In this document: positions 36,904 to 45,159 of the stretch, one piece after another | How positions within the stretch are numbered: position 1 is the first letter of the stretch | How the letters are laid out: every line of letters starts with the position of its first letter | Assembly: GCA_001822095.1 (NCBI GenBank) | Contig: MHPP01000014.1 | Span: forward strand, 1,662-65,661 | Length of the DNA: 64,000 nucleotides | Direction of reading: 5' to 3' | From: Candidatus Staskawiczbacteria bacterium RIFOXYC1_FULL_38_18 | GTDB taxonomy: Bacteria; Patescibacteriota; Minisyncoccia; Minisyncoccales; Staskawiczbacteraceae | Translations under genes and position numbers: made by a program | The notes under the pieces: generated by a model | What the model was told of the DNA's origin: nothing | Databases searched by the model: none | The model's input: the letters and a program-made list of their open reading frames with translations, nothing else

Positions 36904-37155
36904 ATGTCGGAAAATTTAAGACCATTTGAAGAACAACCAGAAAAGGAGCAAACCCAAGAGCAGATTTTAGATGCTTTAGAGTCGGCATTTGAAAAAGGAG
37001 CTAAAGCGGAATTAACCGTCTCGGAACCAAGCGGTGAGTTAAGGATAAATTCAGTTTTTATTGAGGGGCTTGAGGGTGGAATGCTTTTTGTTTCTTCATC
37101 AAAAGATTCTCCCGTAATGGGAATACCGATTGGTGATGTTAAAAGGGTGGTATAA
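36904..37155 (+). CDS. Hypothetical small acidic protein
   Basis: An 83-aa ORF co-directional in the operon. Confidence 0.35.
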   Translation: MSENLRPFEEQPEKEQTQEQILDALESAFEKGAKAELTVSEPSGELRINSVFIEGLEGGMLFVSSSKDSPVMGIPIGDVKRVV

Positions 37156-37166
37156 GTCCCAAAAAT

Positions 37167-37832
37167 ATGGAAGATAAAATAATAAAGGTGTCCGAAACAA
37201 TAAAAGTAAACGATTCTTGGAAGGCGAGAACAGAATCTGGCTATCTTGTCAGTTCAAATAAGACGAAATGTATTGATTTGATTTCACATTCAGACCTTGA
37301 TGAAAATAATATCATAGATATATTGATTAGTTTACATATTATTCTGGAAGCTGGTCTGAACGCTTTTTACAGGAATATGGTGCTTATGTCGCTAAAAAAG
37401 GAGTTGGGCGAGTTCGAAGTTATGGAGAACGTGGACAGGGTCAGTTTTATAGATAAAACGGTCGCATTTATTTATTTCTCTAAGTTTGATTTTGAGGGAA
37501 AACTTGATGAGGCAAAAAAATACCACAGCATAATATCCGCTCTTAAGGATTTTTCAGCAATAAGAAATAAATTATTCCACGGACACTCGATAAGCACAAT
37601 CTTCGATGGAGAAAAAAACCGTCACTCGGAATTAAAGGGTAAAATTACTCTGGAAATGTTGATAGAGCAAATGAGAAAGTTTAGGTTTATCTTAGAGGGA
37701 ATGAGATTTTATTTTGATCGCCTGCAATCCAGTATGACTTCAAGTGGCAAGGAATCATTTAAAAAGGAGTATCTAAGCGATGAATTTTTACCGCATTTAG
37801 GTACTTTTGCAGACGTAGATGTAAAAGAATAA
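37167..37832 (+). CDS. HEPN-like (Rx4H motif) protein, possibly Abi_2/AbiD-like abortive infection protein
   Basis: AIRNKLFHGHS contains R-x4-H near the C-terminal third of an all-helical 221-aa protein. It lies in a mobile-element context. Confidence 0.4.
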   Translation: MEDKIIKVSETIKVNDSWKARTESGYLVSSNKTKCIDLISHSDLDENNIIDILISLHIILEAGLNAFYRNMVLMSLKKELGEFEVMENVDRVSFIDKTVAFIYFSKFDFEGKLDEAKKYHSIISALKDFSAIRNKLFHGHSISTIFDGEKNRHSELKGKITLEMLIEQMRKFRFILEGMRFYFDRLQSSMTSSGKESFKKEYLSDEFLPHLGTFADVDVKE

Positions 37833-37840
37833 ATAAATTT

Positions 37841-38458
37841 ATGATTTTAGATTCGTCAATTTCATCAATAACAAATTTAATCGGTAAATTTACGACAGAG
37901 CCGTTTTATTTTAAAGGATTTTCAGCCAGTGTTTTACCAGGTACGGTTGGAATGCCAGGTTTTAATTTAAAACAAAACACAGATAATTTTTATATGATTG
38001 ACTGGAGTTTGGCAATTAAAATGGCGAACTCCTTAAACGAAGATATTGTGATTGAGAATATAAAATCAGAATGGAGAGGAGTAAATGGTTTTGTATGTAA
38101 ATCTGACGATTTCTGTAACAGTATTTATAGAGTAAAAAGCGATGGCGATGTTGACGCAATAGAAAAATTATTGGCTGGAAATAAACAAAAAGTTTTGCTA
38201 CCGTTTTTAATGAAAAAGCAATCAGAAATTATTATTCAGGCGAATTTTGCGTTATACATATACAAAAAGAGGTTTTTGAGACACTTAGATATGGTCCATT
38301 TCAAAAAAATAGAAGTAAAAGAGCCAGACACATATCATCAATTGTATAGAAAAAGTTTAGTAAAGATAAGACTTAATGGTAAATGGAGGTCTTTAGTTCT
38401 AAAACCCCAGGAGTTTTTTGTTGCAGGCGATATTTTGAATATACCAGATACAAATTAA
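37841..38458 (+). CDS. Hypothetical protein
   Basis: A 205-aa ORF with no recognisable domain. Confidence 0.4.
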   Translation: MILDSSISSITNLIGKFTTEPFYFKGFSASVLPGTVGMPGFNLKQNTDNFYMIDWSLAIKMANSLNEDIVIENIKSEWRGVNGFVCKSDDFCNSIYRVKSDGDVDAIEKLLAGNKQKVLLPFLMKKQSEIIIQANFALYIYKKRFLRHLDMVHFKKIEVKEPDTYHQLYRKSLVKIRLNGKWRSLVLKPQEFFVAGDILNIPDTN

Positions 38459-38471
38459 ATAATAATATACT

Positions 38472-39497
38472 ATGAGTAAAAAAATTCTAATAATCGCAGG
38501 AATAGCAATTTTATTAACACTGATTTTTGGCGTTTTTGTTTTGTTGCAAATAAACAATTTAAGGAAACCACAGGTAAGCTCGCTTGAAGCACAAGCGAAA
38601 GCAATTCAAAATCAGATACAGCAGATAGATTCTGAATACAGGCAAAAGATGAATGAAATAACCGATAAGCAGAAACAAAATAACTGCATAGAGTCAAAAG
38701 ATGTTGAAATGATAAAGACGCTAACAGGCGAAAAACAAACAGAAAAACAATGGAGTATAGTTTCAATGGAGGGAATCTGTGGAGATTTATTCAATCAAAA
38801 CGAAGCCTTGGCAAAAGAGAGGTCTTACAAAACAAGTCAGCTACAAACACAGATGGACCTTTTAACCGCCCGAACGGCATCAGACAGAGAAAAGGCAATG
38901 ACTGCGATTAGAACTTTTATGGTTAAACCTGATTTGGAATTAGTGTATACTGGCACCAGACACCCATCCAATTTTAACGTTGGAGTTGTCGTAAATCGGG
39001 ATGAAGGTGGCTACACAATGGAAGGTTTTAGTGGTTGGGAAAGAAGAGTTGAAGTTTACCAACAAACGGAATATATCAACGACAGATGCGAAGTTTACGA
39101 ATATGAGGTGGATGTTAGAAATAATCAAATTGTAGAGATACACGTTCGTTATCCCGATGGGCTGGCAGGAATGAGTAGTGGTAAATGTACAAGCTACGGT
39201 TCAATGGAAGTTCCGTTAAAGACAAAAGACGAAATTGAAAAGGTAGCATTTGCGTATCTTAGCAGAGACCTCGAACACACAAAATTTTTAATTAGGTCTG
39301 ATATCAAGCCAGAATATCTCCCAAGTAAGACGATAGCGAAAAATCCTGCAATGAACGAATGGCGTTGGGAAGATAAGAGTTACAAACTCCCAGAAGGACT
39401 AACAAGCGACCCGTTCCCGTATCCTATGATTAGAATTATCATTTCAAGCGGAGGAAAGCTTGTCTACTATCTGAATACGACAGAACTATTTAATTAA
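38472..39497 (+). CDS. Hypothetical membrane-anchored coiled-coil protein
   Basis: An N-terminal TM helix is followed by a Q/K-rich coiled coil and a C-terminal globular region. Confidence 0.4.
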   Translation: MSKKILIIAGIAILLTLIFGVFVLLQINNLRKPQVSSLEAQAKAIQNQIQQIDSEYRQKMNEITDKQKQNNCIESKDVEMIKTLTGEKQTEKQWSIVSMEGICGDLFNQNEALAKERSYKTSQLQTQMDLLTARTASDREKAMTAIRTFMVKPDLELVYTGTRHPSNFNVGVVVNRDEGGYTMEGFSGWERRVEVYQQTEYINDRCEVYEYEVDVRNNQIVEIHVRYPDGLAGMSSGKCTSYGSMEVPLKTKDEIEKVAFAYLSRDLEHTKFLIRSDIKPEYLPSKTIAKNPAMNEWRWEDKSYKLPEGLTSDPFPYPMIRIIISSGGKLVYYLNTTELFN

Positions 39498-39525
39498 AGG
39501 GTAATTAAGTATATTTTTACAAATT

Positions 39526-39547
39526 GGGGCTAAATGCCCCTTTTTTA
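39526..39547 (+). terminator. Rho-independent terminator
   Basis: ggggctaaatgcccc is followed by TTTTTT. Confidence 0.7.
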
Positions 39548-39653
39548 TTACTGAATGTGTATGCCAAAACAAACCCAAGACAAATCCAAGGGGTGCCCAG
39601 TAAATCAAAAGGCAAAAGAGGTATGTTTGCTGGGGTGGAGGGAGTTAAGGTTT

Positions 39654-39683
39654 GATTGTGAGGTAATTTATGCTATAATTAAT
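39654..39683 (+). promoter_or_regulatory. sigma70-type promoter (TTGATT-16/17-TATAAT) with ~120-nt G/U-rich leader
   Basis: ttgattgtgaggtaatttatgcTATAAT is followed by a gtggtttcgttttgtatcgtatggtgtggtttt leader before the ATG at 39800. Confidence 0.5.
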
Positions 39684-39799
39684 GTATTAAGGTAAGGTTT
39701 TTTTGTATGGTGGCTCTTTAATAAGATAATTGTGGTTTCGTTTTGTATCGTATGGTGTGGTTTTGATAAATTAAATAATTAAATCAAAAACATATCATT

Positions 39800-40135
39800 A
39801 TGGAAAACAAAATAGGTTATATTGAAAAATACCCCAATATCCCAATGAAAAAAAGTTTACTCTGCCTTTTGCTTGGAATCGAGCTGGAAACGCTTAAAGA
39901 AGTTATTAGGTTATCCAATAAAAAAATATCACTTGAGAAGGCGGTTAATATTGTTTGGGAGGAAGGACAAAGACTAATGGCTTGCGGACAGCTAAAGATA
40001 GGCGAGCCAAAATCTGATAATGACCCAATACCCGTTTATCAAACCGAAACGGGAAAGAGAGAGTTCATTATTCGAGTTCTTAATAAAATTAACCCAAAAT
40101 TGAGCAAGAAATTTAAGCAGGATAAAAAGAAGTAA
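39800..40135 (+). CDS. Hypothetical protein
   Basis: A 111-aa ORF followed by a terminator (cccttttagcaaggg+T6 at 40152-40175). Confidence 0.4.
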   Translation: MENKIGYIEKYPNIPMKKSLLCLLLGIELETLKEVIRLSNKKISLEKAVNIVWEEGQRLMACGQLKIGEPKSDNDPIPVYQTETGKREFIIRVLNKINPKLSKKFKQDKKK

Positions 40136-40392
40136 AAGTAAAAATCCATTTAGCCCTTTTAGCAAGGGTTTTTTGGTTATATTGATTTTTAGCAATTTTG
40201 GCGGTAAGATTAAAATAATTTAATATTGGTTGCCTAACCCTTAAAATTTATTTTAAGGTATGGCAAAAAGTCGTTGTGCATATCAAACCCGTCATTCGGG
40301 GGTGTGCACAACGCTATACAGGGAAACTTGTATATGGGTCGCAAGACTCACCCCAGTGGCGGGTTTTATGTTGTGCCACAATTATTAAAAAT

Positions 40393-40713
40393 ATGGAAAA
40401 TCAAACAGAAGAAACAAAAAGTAGTTTTTTTGAACATTGGAAGCGTTCAGTTTTAGTAATTGTAGGATTTGTAGCTATCTGCATATTTATTGGAAGCCTG
40501 CACTTATCCTCTGAACAAAGCGGGGCATTGGTGATAGCAATACCGTTATGTTTATTTTTATACTTCTTACCAGCATATATCGCTTTCAAAAAAGAAAAGA
40601 AAAATAAGGTTGCTATTTTTGCACTAAATTTGTTTTTAGGATGGACACTTATTGGCTGGATTGTTGCACTGGTTTGGAGCTTAACTTATGAAGAAAGAAA
40701 AAATATAAATTGA
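40393..40713 (+). CDS. Superinfection immunity (Imm_superinfect-like) membrane protein
   Basis: YFLPAYIAFKKEKKNKVAIFALNLFLGWTLIGWIVALVWSL matches the phage superinfection-immunity family pattern. The ORF track starts it at 40276; Met 40393 is preferred. Confidence 0.55.
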   Translation: MENQTEETKSSFFEHWKRSVLVIVGFVAICIFIGSLHLSSEQSGALVIAIPLCLFLYFLPAYIAFKKEKKNKVAIFALNLFLGWTLIGWIVALVWSLTYEERKNIN

Positions 40714-41153
40714 ATATCATAACAATTATGAACAAAAAAATTAAGTATATTATAATAGCTGTTTTAGTCTTGTTTGTTGGCTTGCCCGCTATTGCGATGG
40801 GAAGCTCTATAACCAATTCTCTTATTCACGGAAAATCTATACCAGAAGCTATTGAGATTTTATCCACACAAATTGACTCCCTGATTAGCAGAGTTGAAAT
40901 TTTGGAAACTAAACAAATCGAACAGGAGCGAACAATCGCCTGTAATTTTGCAGACGAAGCCCTGCAAAAAGCTCAAATGGAGGGTGGAATAATTGACGCT
41001 GATTTAAAAGGTATAGACGAGTTGATTACCAAAATAACTTACCAACGCGATAATTCTCCGCAAAGCCAATATGAAATGTGGCAATCACGGTTGGATAAGG
41101 TTCGGAGCATAAAAGAGCAATATGATTCTGCCAAAGAAAAATGTAAACAATAA
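40710..41153 (+). CDS. Hypothetical secreted/anchored helical protein
   Basis: An N-terminal hydrophobic segment is present in this 147-aa protein. Confidence 0.4.
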   Translation: MNIITIMNKKIKYIIIAVLVLFVGLPAIAMGSSITNSLIHGKSIPEAIEILSTQIDSLISRVEILETKQIEQERTIACNFADEALQKAQMEGGIIDADLKGIDELITKITYQRDNSPQSQYEMWQSRLDKVRSIKEQYDSAKEKCKQ

Positions 41154-41165
41154 GCATAAAAATAG

Positions 41166-41193
41166 TTGACACGGCTCGTTGAAGTGCTATAAT
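41166..41193 (+). promoter_or_regulatory. sigma70 promoter TTGACA-16-TATAAT
   Basis: aatagTTGACAcggctcgttgaagtgcTATAATtaaaa. Confidence 0.65.
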
Positions 41194-41199
41194 TAAAAA

Positions 41200-41394
41200 G
41201 TAGAAATAGAAGTTCTACATAAAAAATAAACGAAGGGAAGGTAAAATTTAATATCTATACTAACCGTAGGTGAAATAAACTGCGGGAAAAAAATAAACAT
41301 AAAAGGAGATATCTCCTCTGTTTGATTTTTTCCCAACAGACTCACTTATTGTAGTGGTTCTAAAGAAAAAGCGACAGAGATGTCGTTTTTTTCT
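41200..41394 (+). ncRNA. Candidate ~190-nt small RNA (promoter to terminator, no ORF)
   Basis: It lies between a consensus promoter and an intrinsic terminator (gcgacagagatgtcgt + T7 at 41371-41393). It contains the GGAGATATCTCC palindrome. No start codon follows the internal SD-like AAAGGAG. Confidence 0.3.
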
Positions 41395-41437
41395 GTTTTA
41401 GGGGGTCCGCACAAATGATATTAACAAAAATTATTTT

Positions 41438-41692
41438 ATGGAAAAAGAAAAAGAGCTAATAAATATGCAGAGGTGCTCAAGATTTGAAAGCTGCGATATT
41501 GCAAGATGTCCATTGGATTATTTTATGGATGAAAGGGTTGAGCATAAAGAAGACGAAGTCTGCGTTTTGAGAAAACTGCAAGGGAAAGTTAGAACAAGGC
41601 GAATGAAAGGCATCCTGACACCCAAAATGAGGAGTCTTGCCAACTTTGTGTATAAGAAAAATTTTAAAATCAACCAGGGAGCGAATAATTAA
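41438..41692 (+). CDS. Hypothetical small Cys-containing protein
   Basis: An 84-aa ORF; it contains CSRFESCDIARC. Confidence 0.35.
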   Translation: MEKEKELINMQRCSRFESCDIARCPLDYFMDERVEHKEDEVCVLRKLQGKVRTRRMKGILTPKMRSLANFVYKKNFKINQGANN

Positions 41693-41711
41693 ATAACCTT
41701 GAATCAAAAAT

Positions 41712-42524
41712 ATGACAAACACAAACCAAAGCGTAGAAATTGAGGATGGTAGTAATGATAAAAAGTATTTTACAATAATACCAAATTATATTTTAAATCA
41801 TTCCACGCCATACGACAGAGATGTTTATATTCAAATGAAAAGAATAGCTGGTGAACACGGAACTTGTTGGACATCCCAAAAAACATTAGCTAAACAATGT
41901 GGAGTTAGCATCAATCGATTAAAAAAATCATTGAGTTATCTTTTAGATAACAAATGGATAAAATATATGGGAACTAAAAAGGTTGGAACTAAAGGCGGGG
42001 GGCAGGAGGTCAACGAATACAAAATAGTTGATTTGTGGAAAATGAACGGTGAATTTTATGAAATCAAGGGAGTGTCGCCAGACGATATACCTGCAAAACA
42101 AGGGGTATCACTAATAGAACCAAGGGAATGTCACAAAAAAATCAGAGGGGTGTCGCTGGATGATAACAAAGAAGAACCCATTAATAATAAACCCATTAAA
42201 GAAGAGGCGGGCGATAAGGAAAATCTTATTAAAGAAGTGGTGGAGAAATGGAATTCTTATGCCAAACCGTTAGAGGGATATAGAAATAAAACACTGAATA
42301 AATTTGGTCTCCCGAAATGTAAAGGTATAACAGCGGACATTAGGGTCGTTTTTTACAGGCTTATGAAGGAAAAAAGAACAAAGGAGGCAATGTTGGAATC
42401 TATAAAAAATTATATGAATGAAGTAATTAATAGAAGCCCTGATAATGACTATGCGATTCACAGATTTTCGTTTTATGAGTTTTTTAATCAGGATAATGGT
42501 TTTGTAAAATTTAGTAACAAATAA
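41712..42524 (+). CDS. Phage/plasmid replication-initiation-like HTH protein (DnaD/HTH_36-like)
   Basis: FTIIPNYILNH...DRDVYIQMKRIAGEHGTCWTSQKTLAKQCGVSINRLKKSLSYLLDNKWI is an N-terminal wHTH typical of replisome organiser/Rep proteins. Confidence 0.45.
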   Translation: MTNTNQSVEIEDGSNDKKYFTIIPNYILNHSTPYDRDVYIQMKRIAGEHGTCWTSQKTLAKQCGVSINRLKKSLSYLLDNKWIKYMGTKKVGTKGGGQEVNEYKIVDLWKMNGEFYEIKGVSPDDIPAKQGVSLIEPRECHKKIRGVSLDDNKEEPINNKPIKEEAGDKENLIKEVVEKWNSYAKPLEGYRNKTLNKFGLPKCKGITADIRVVFYRLMKEKRTKEAMLESIKNYMNEVINRSPDNDYAIHRFSFYEFFNQDNGFVKFSNK

Positions 42525-42531
42525 AAAATTT

Positions 42532-43776
42532 ATGACAGATTTAACTTGGCACACAGAAAAACGAAAAGTTAATGACTTACTCCCATTTAAGGGTAACGCA
42601 AGAAAAGAAGATGAAAAACAATCATTTGATTTAAGAAAGAGTTTTGAGAAGTTTGATTTAGTAGAAATACCCGCAATAAATACGGACAATACTACTTTGG
42701 CGGGAAACAGAAGATTAAGAATGCTTCAATTACTTGGGAGAGGAGAAGAAATGATTGACGTTAGGGTTCCGAACAGAGCTTTAACAACGGAGGAGGTGAA
42801 GGAATATAATTTAAGAAGTAATAAAAATACGGCTTCTTGGGATATTGGCTTGCTTGCAAATTTTGACGAAGGTTTGTTGAAGGAGGTCGGCTGGGAAGGT
42901 TGGGAGTTGGATGAAATATTTAGTCCAAATGTTGAAGATGATGATTCATTTGATGTTGAATCAGAGACTAAAAAAATAACAGAGCCAAAAGTTAAGTTTG
43001 GCGATTTGTATGAAGTAAACGGGCACAGAATTTTATGCGGAAATAGTCAGGACCCAGAACGGGTCGAAAAATTAATGGATAGAAAGGTCGCAAAATTAAT
43101 TTTTACAAGCCCGCCATATAATATGGCTGGGAAGATGTATAAAAATTATTCTGACAATTTGAAAAGCGAGGAATATATAAAATTTAACCTTGATGTCCTC
43201 CAAAATTGTAAAAGGTTTTTGAAAGGATTTTGTTTTTGGAACATTTCTTATAACAAAAACGCCAGGTCTGAATTTATTGAAATAATCTATAAGATTATTA
43301 AGGATACTGGCTTGCAGTTTGTAGAGCTAATTGTCTGGGACAAGGGGCACGCCCTCCCAATAGTTTCAAAACAAGGGCTGACGAGAAGGTATGAGGACGT
43401 GTTATTGGTTGGCGATAACGAAAGTGTACAAAGTGATTTGGAAATATATTTTTGTGGGGCGAATGACAAAAAAGTATTTTTCAACAAAAAAAACCAAAAA
43501 GGAATCACAAATTATTGGAGAGTTAATACAAACCAAGCTCAACAGAAAAATCATTTGGCGTGCTTTCCAGTAGCACTCCCAATCAAAGGAATTGAATTGA
43601 TGACACAAAGAGGCGATATTGTATTGGACCCATTTTTGGGAAGCGGGACCACTTTAATAGCATCGGAAAGAACTGGTAGAAAATGTTTTGCTTGTGAATT
43701 GGACCCTTTGTATGTTGAGTTGGCTCTAAATCGTTTTAAATATTTGTTTGGCAAAGAGGCGATAAAAATATGTTAG
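42532..43776 (+). CDS. ParB-like nuclease N-terminal domain fused to DNA N6-adenine/N4-cytosine methyltransferase
   Basis: A ParB-N/Srx fold occupies the N-terminus. The motif IV SPPY (IFTSPPYNM) and a C-terminal AdoMet motif DPFLGSGTT are present. This is a typical phage orphan MTase architecture. Confidence 0.7.
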   Translation: MTDLTWHTEKRKVNDLLPFKGNARKEDEKQSFDLRKSFEKFDLVEIPAINTDNTTLAGNRRLRMLQLLGRGEEMIDVRVPNRALTTEEVKEYNLRSNKNTASWDIGLLANFDEGLLKEVGWEGWELDEIFSPNVEDDDSFDVESETKKITEPKVKFGDLYEVNGHRILCGNSQDPERVEKLMDRKVAKLIFTSPPYNMAGKMYKNYSDNLKSEEYIKFNLDVLQNCKRFLKGFCFWNISYNKNARSEFIEIIYKIIKDTGLQFVELIVWDKGHALPIVSKQGLTRRYEDVLLVGDNESVQSDLEIYFCGANDKKVFFNKKNQKGITNYWRVNTNQAQQKNHLACFPVALPIKGIELMTQRGDIVLDPFLGSGTTLIASERTGRKCFACELDPLYVELALNRFKYLFGKEAIKIC

Positions 43777-44234
43777 AAGATTCAAACGAATTAAATCAGG
43801 AACCTAATAAGATTGAGGCAGAAAATCTCCATAGCAGTGGTGGTTTTGTGGATAAGCCCGAGAGAGATGAGCAGGGCAGATTTGTGAATGGACATCCTAA
43901 ATTGGGCGGAACGAGAATGGGCTATCTCTCTCTTCGAAAGGTTTTACGTGAAATGTTACAGGAAGCCAAAGAGGTAACCATTAACGACCGAAAAGAACAA
44001 AGGACAAGAATGGAAATTTTATTAGAAGTTCTGTTTAAGAAGGCTGTTGGCGGAGACCTGGGGGCAATTCGTGAAATATTTGACAGAATTGAGGGAAAAC
44101 CAAAACCATTAGGCGTAAATGATATGCCTGACGAAATTAATCTGACACAAGTTTTTCAGCAAATATATAATCAAAGTGAGGAAGCTAGAAGGCAGAAGGA
44201 GGAAGAGAATAATTTAGAAAATAAAATTAAATAA
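43770..44234 (+). CDS. Hypothetical protein
   Basis: A 154-aa ORF whose start overlaps the MTase stop. Confidence 0.4.
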   Translation: MLEDSNELNQEPNKIEAENLHSSGGFVDKPERDEQGRFVNGHPKLGGTRMGYLSLRKVLREMLQEAKEVTINDRKEQRTRMEILLEVLFKKAVGGDLGAIREIFDRIEGKPKPLGVNDMPDEINLTQVFQQIYNQSEEARRQKEEENNLENKIK

Positions 44235-44245
44235 GATTTTTAAAA

Positions 44246-44449
44246 ATGAAAAGGAATGAATTAAAAACTAATTATACGTCAAAAAAGGATGAAGGAAGAA
44301 GAAACTTCGCCCTTAATTATATCGCTAACCATATTAAAAAGAATTTACAGAACCTATCTAAATTTAAGTGGGGAGGTGGGGGATTTGCTTGTTTTGTGAA
44401 TTTGGAGCGACCCCACAGCGAACAAGAGGGTCAAGACAAAAGTAAATAA
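44246..44449 (+). CDS. Hypothetical small protein
   Basis: A 67-aa ORF. Confidence 0.3.
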   Translation: MKRNELKTNYTSKKDEGRRNFALNYIANHIKKNLQNLSKFKWGGGGFACFVNLERPHSEQEGQDKSK

Positions 44450-44609
44450 ACTACCCTGGGTAAAATGAGTAGATTTTGAGGGTAATAAGGCAAAACAAAC
44501 AATCAAGTGATTATTCAGTCCTGTCCGTAGAGAGAGGCTTTGACGCAAGGGTTGTCCAGCGTCATCATCACGCCACTGGTAAAGTAAATTAAAAAGCCAG
44601 TGTAAAAAT

Positions 44610-45155
44610 ATGGACAACAAAAAATGTGCTTTGTATCTACGGGTCAGCAAAAGCGACCAGACAACATTGAATCAAGAATTGGAATTGAAAGGTTATTGTC
44701 AGCGGAACGATTGGGATATTTTCAATGTTTACAAAGACGAAGGCGTGTCTGGCTCAAAGACATCAAGACCAGAGTTAGATAAAATGTTAAAAGATGTGCG
44801 GGACAAAAAGTTTGAAGCGGTGATTGTTTGGAAATTTGACCGCTTAGGCAGGTCAACGGCTCATCTTTTACAGGTTTTAGAAGAAATGAAGAATAAAGGA
44901 ATCAGATTGATAGCAACAAGCCAAAGCATAGACACAGACACCGCAATGGGTAAATTCTTTTTTACAATCTTATCTGGGTTTGCTGAAATGGAACGAGGAA
45001 TAATAACAGAAAGAATAAATTTGGGTTTAGCAAGGGTAAAAAAACAAGGGAAAAAGTTGGGTCGCCCATCAGGCTCAAAAGATAAAAGTTATCGTAAAAA
45101 GTCGGGATATTTGCTTCGCTGGCAAAATCAACAAAATCTAAAAGTTTCAATTTAA
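44610..45155 (+). CDS. Small serine recombinase (resolvase/invertase family)
   Basis: The catalytic Ser (ALYLRVSKSDQ) is in a resolvase N-domain, with FDRLGRS and a C-terminal HTH. Confidence 0.8.
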   Translation: MDNKKCALYLRVSKSDQTTLNQELELKGYCQRNDWDIFNVYKDEGVSGSKTSRPELDKMLKDVRDKKFEAVIVWKFDRLGRSTAHLLQVLEEMKNKGIRLIATSQSIDTDTAMGKFFFTILSGFAEMERGIITERINLGLARVKKQGKKLGRPSGSKDKSYRKKSGYLLRWQNQQNLKVSI

Positions 45156-45159
45156 AAAT

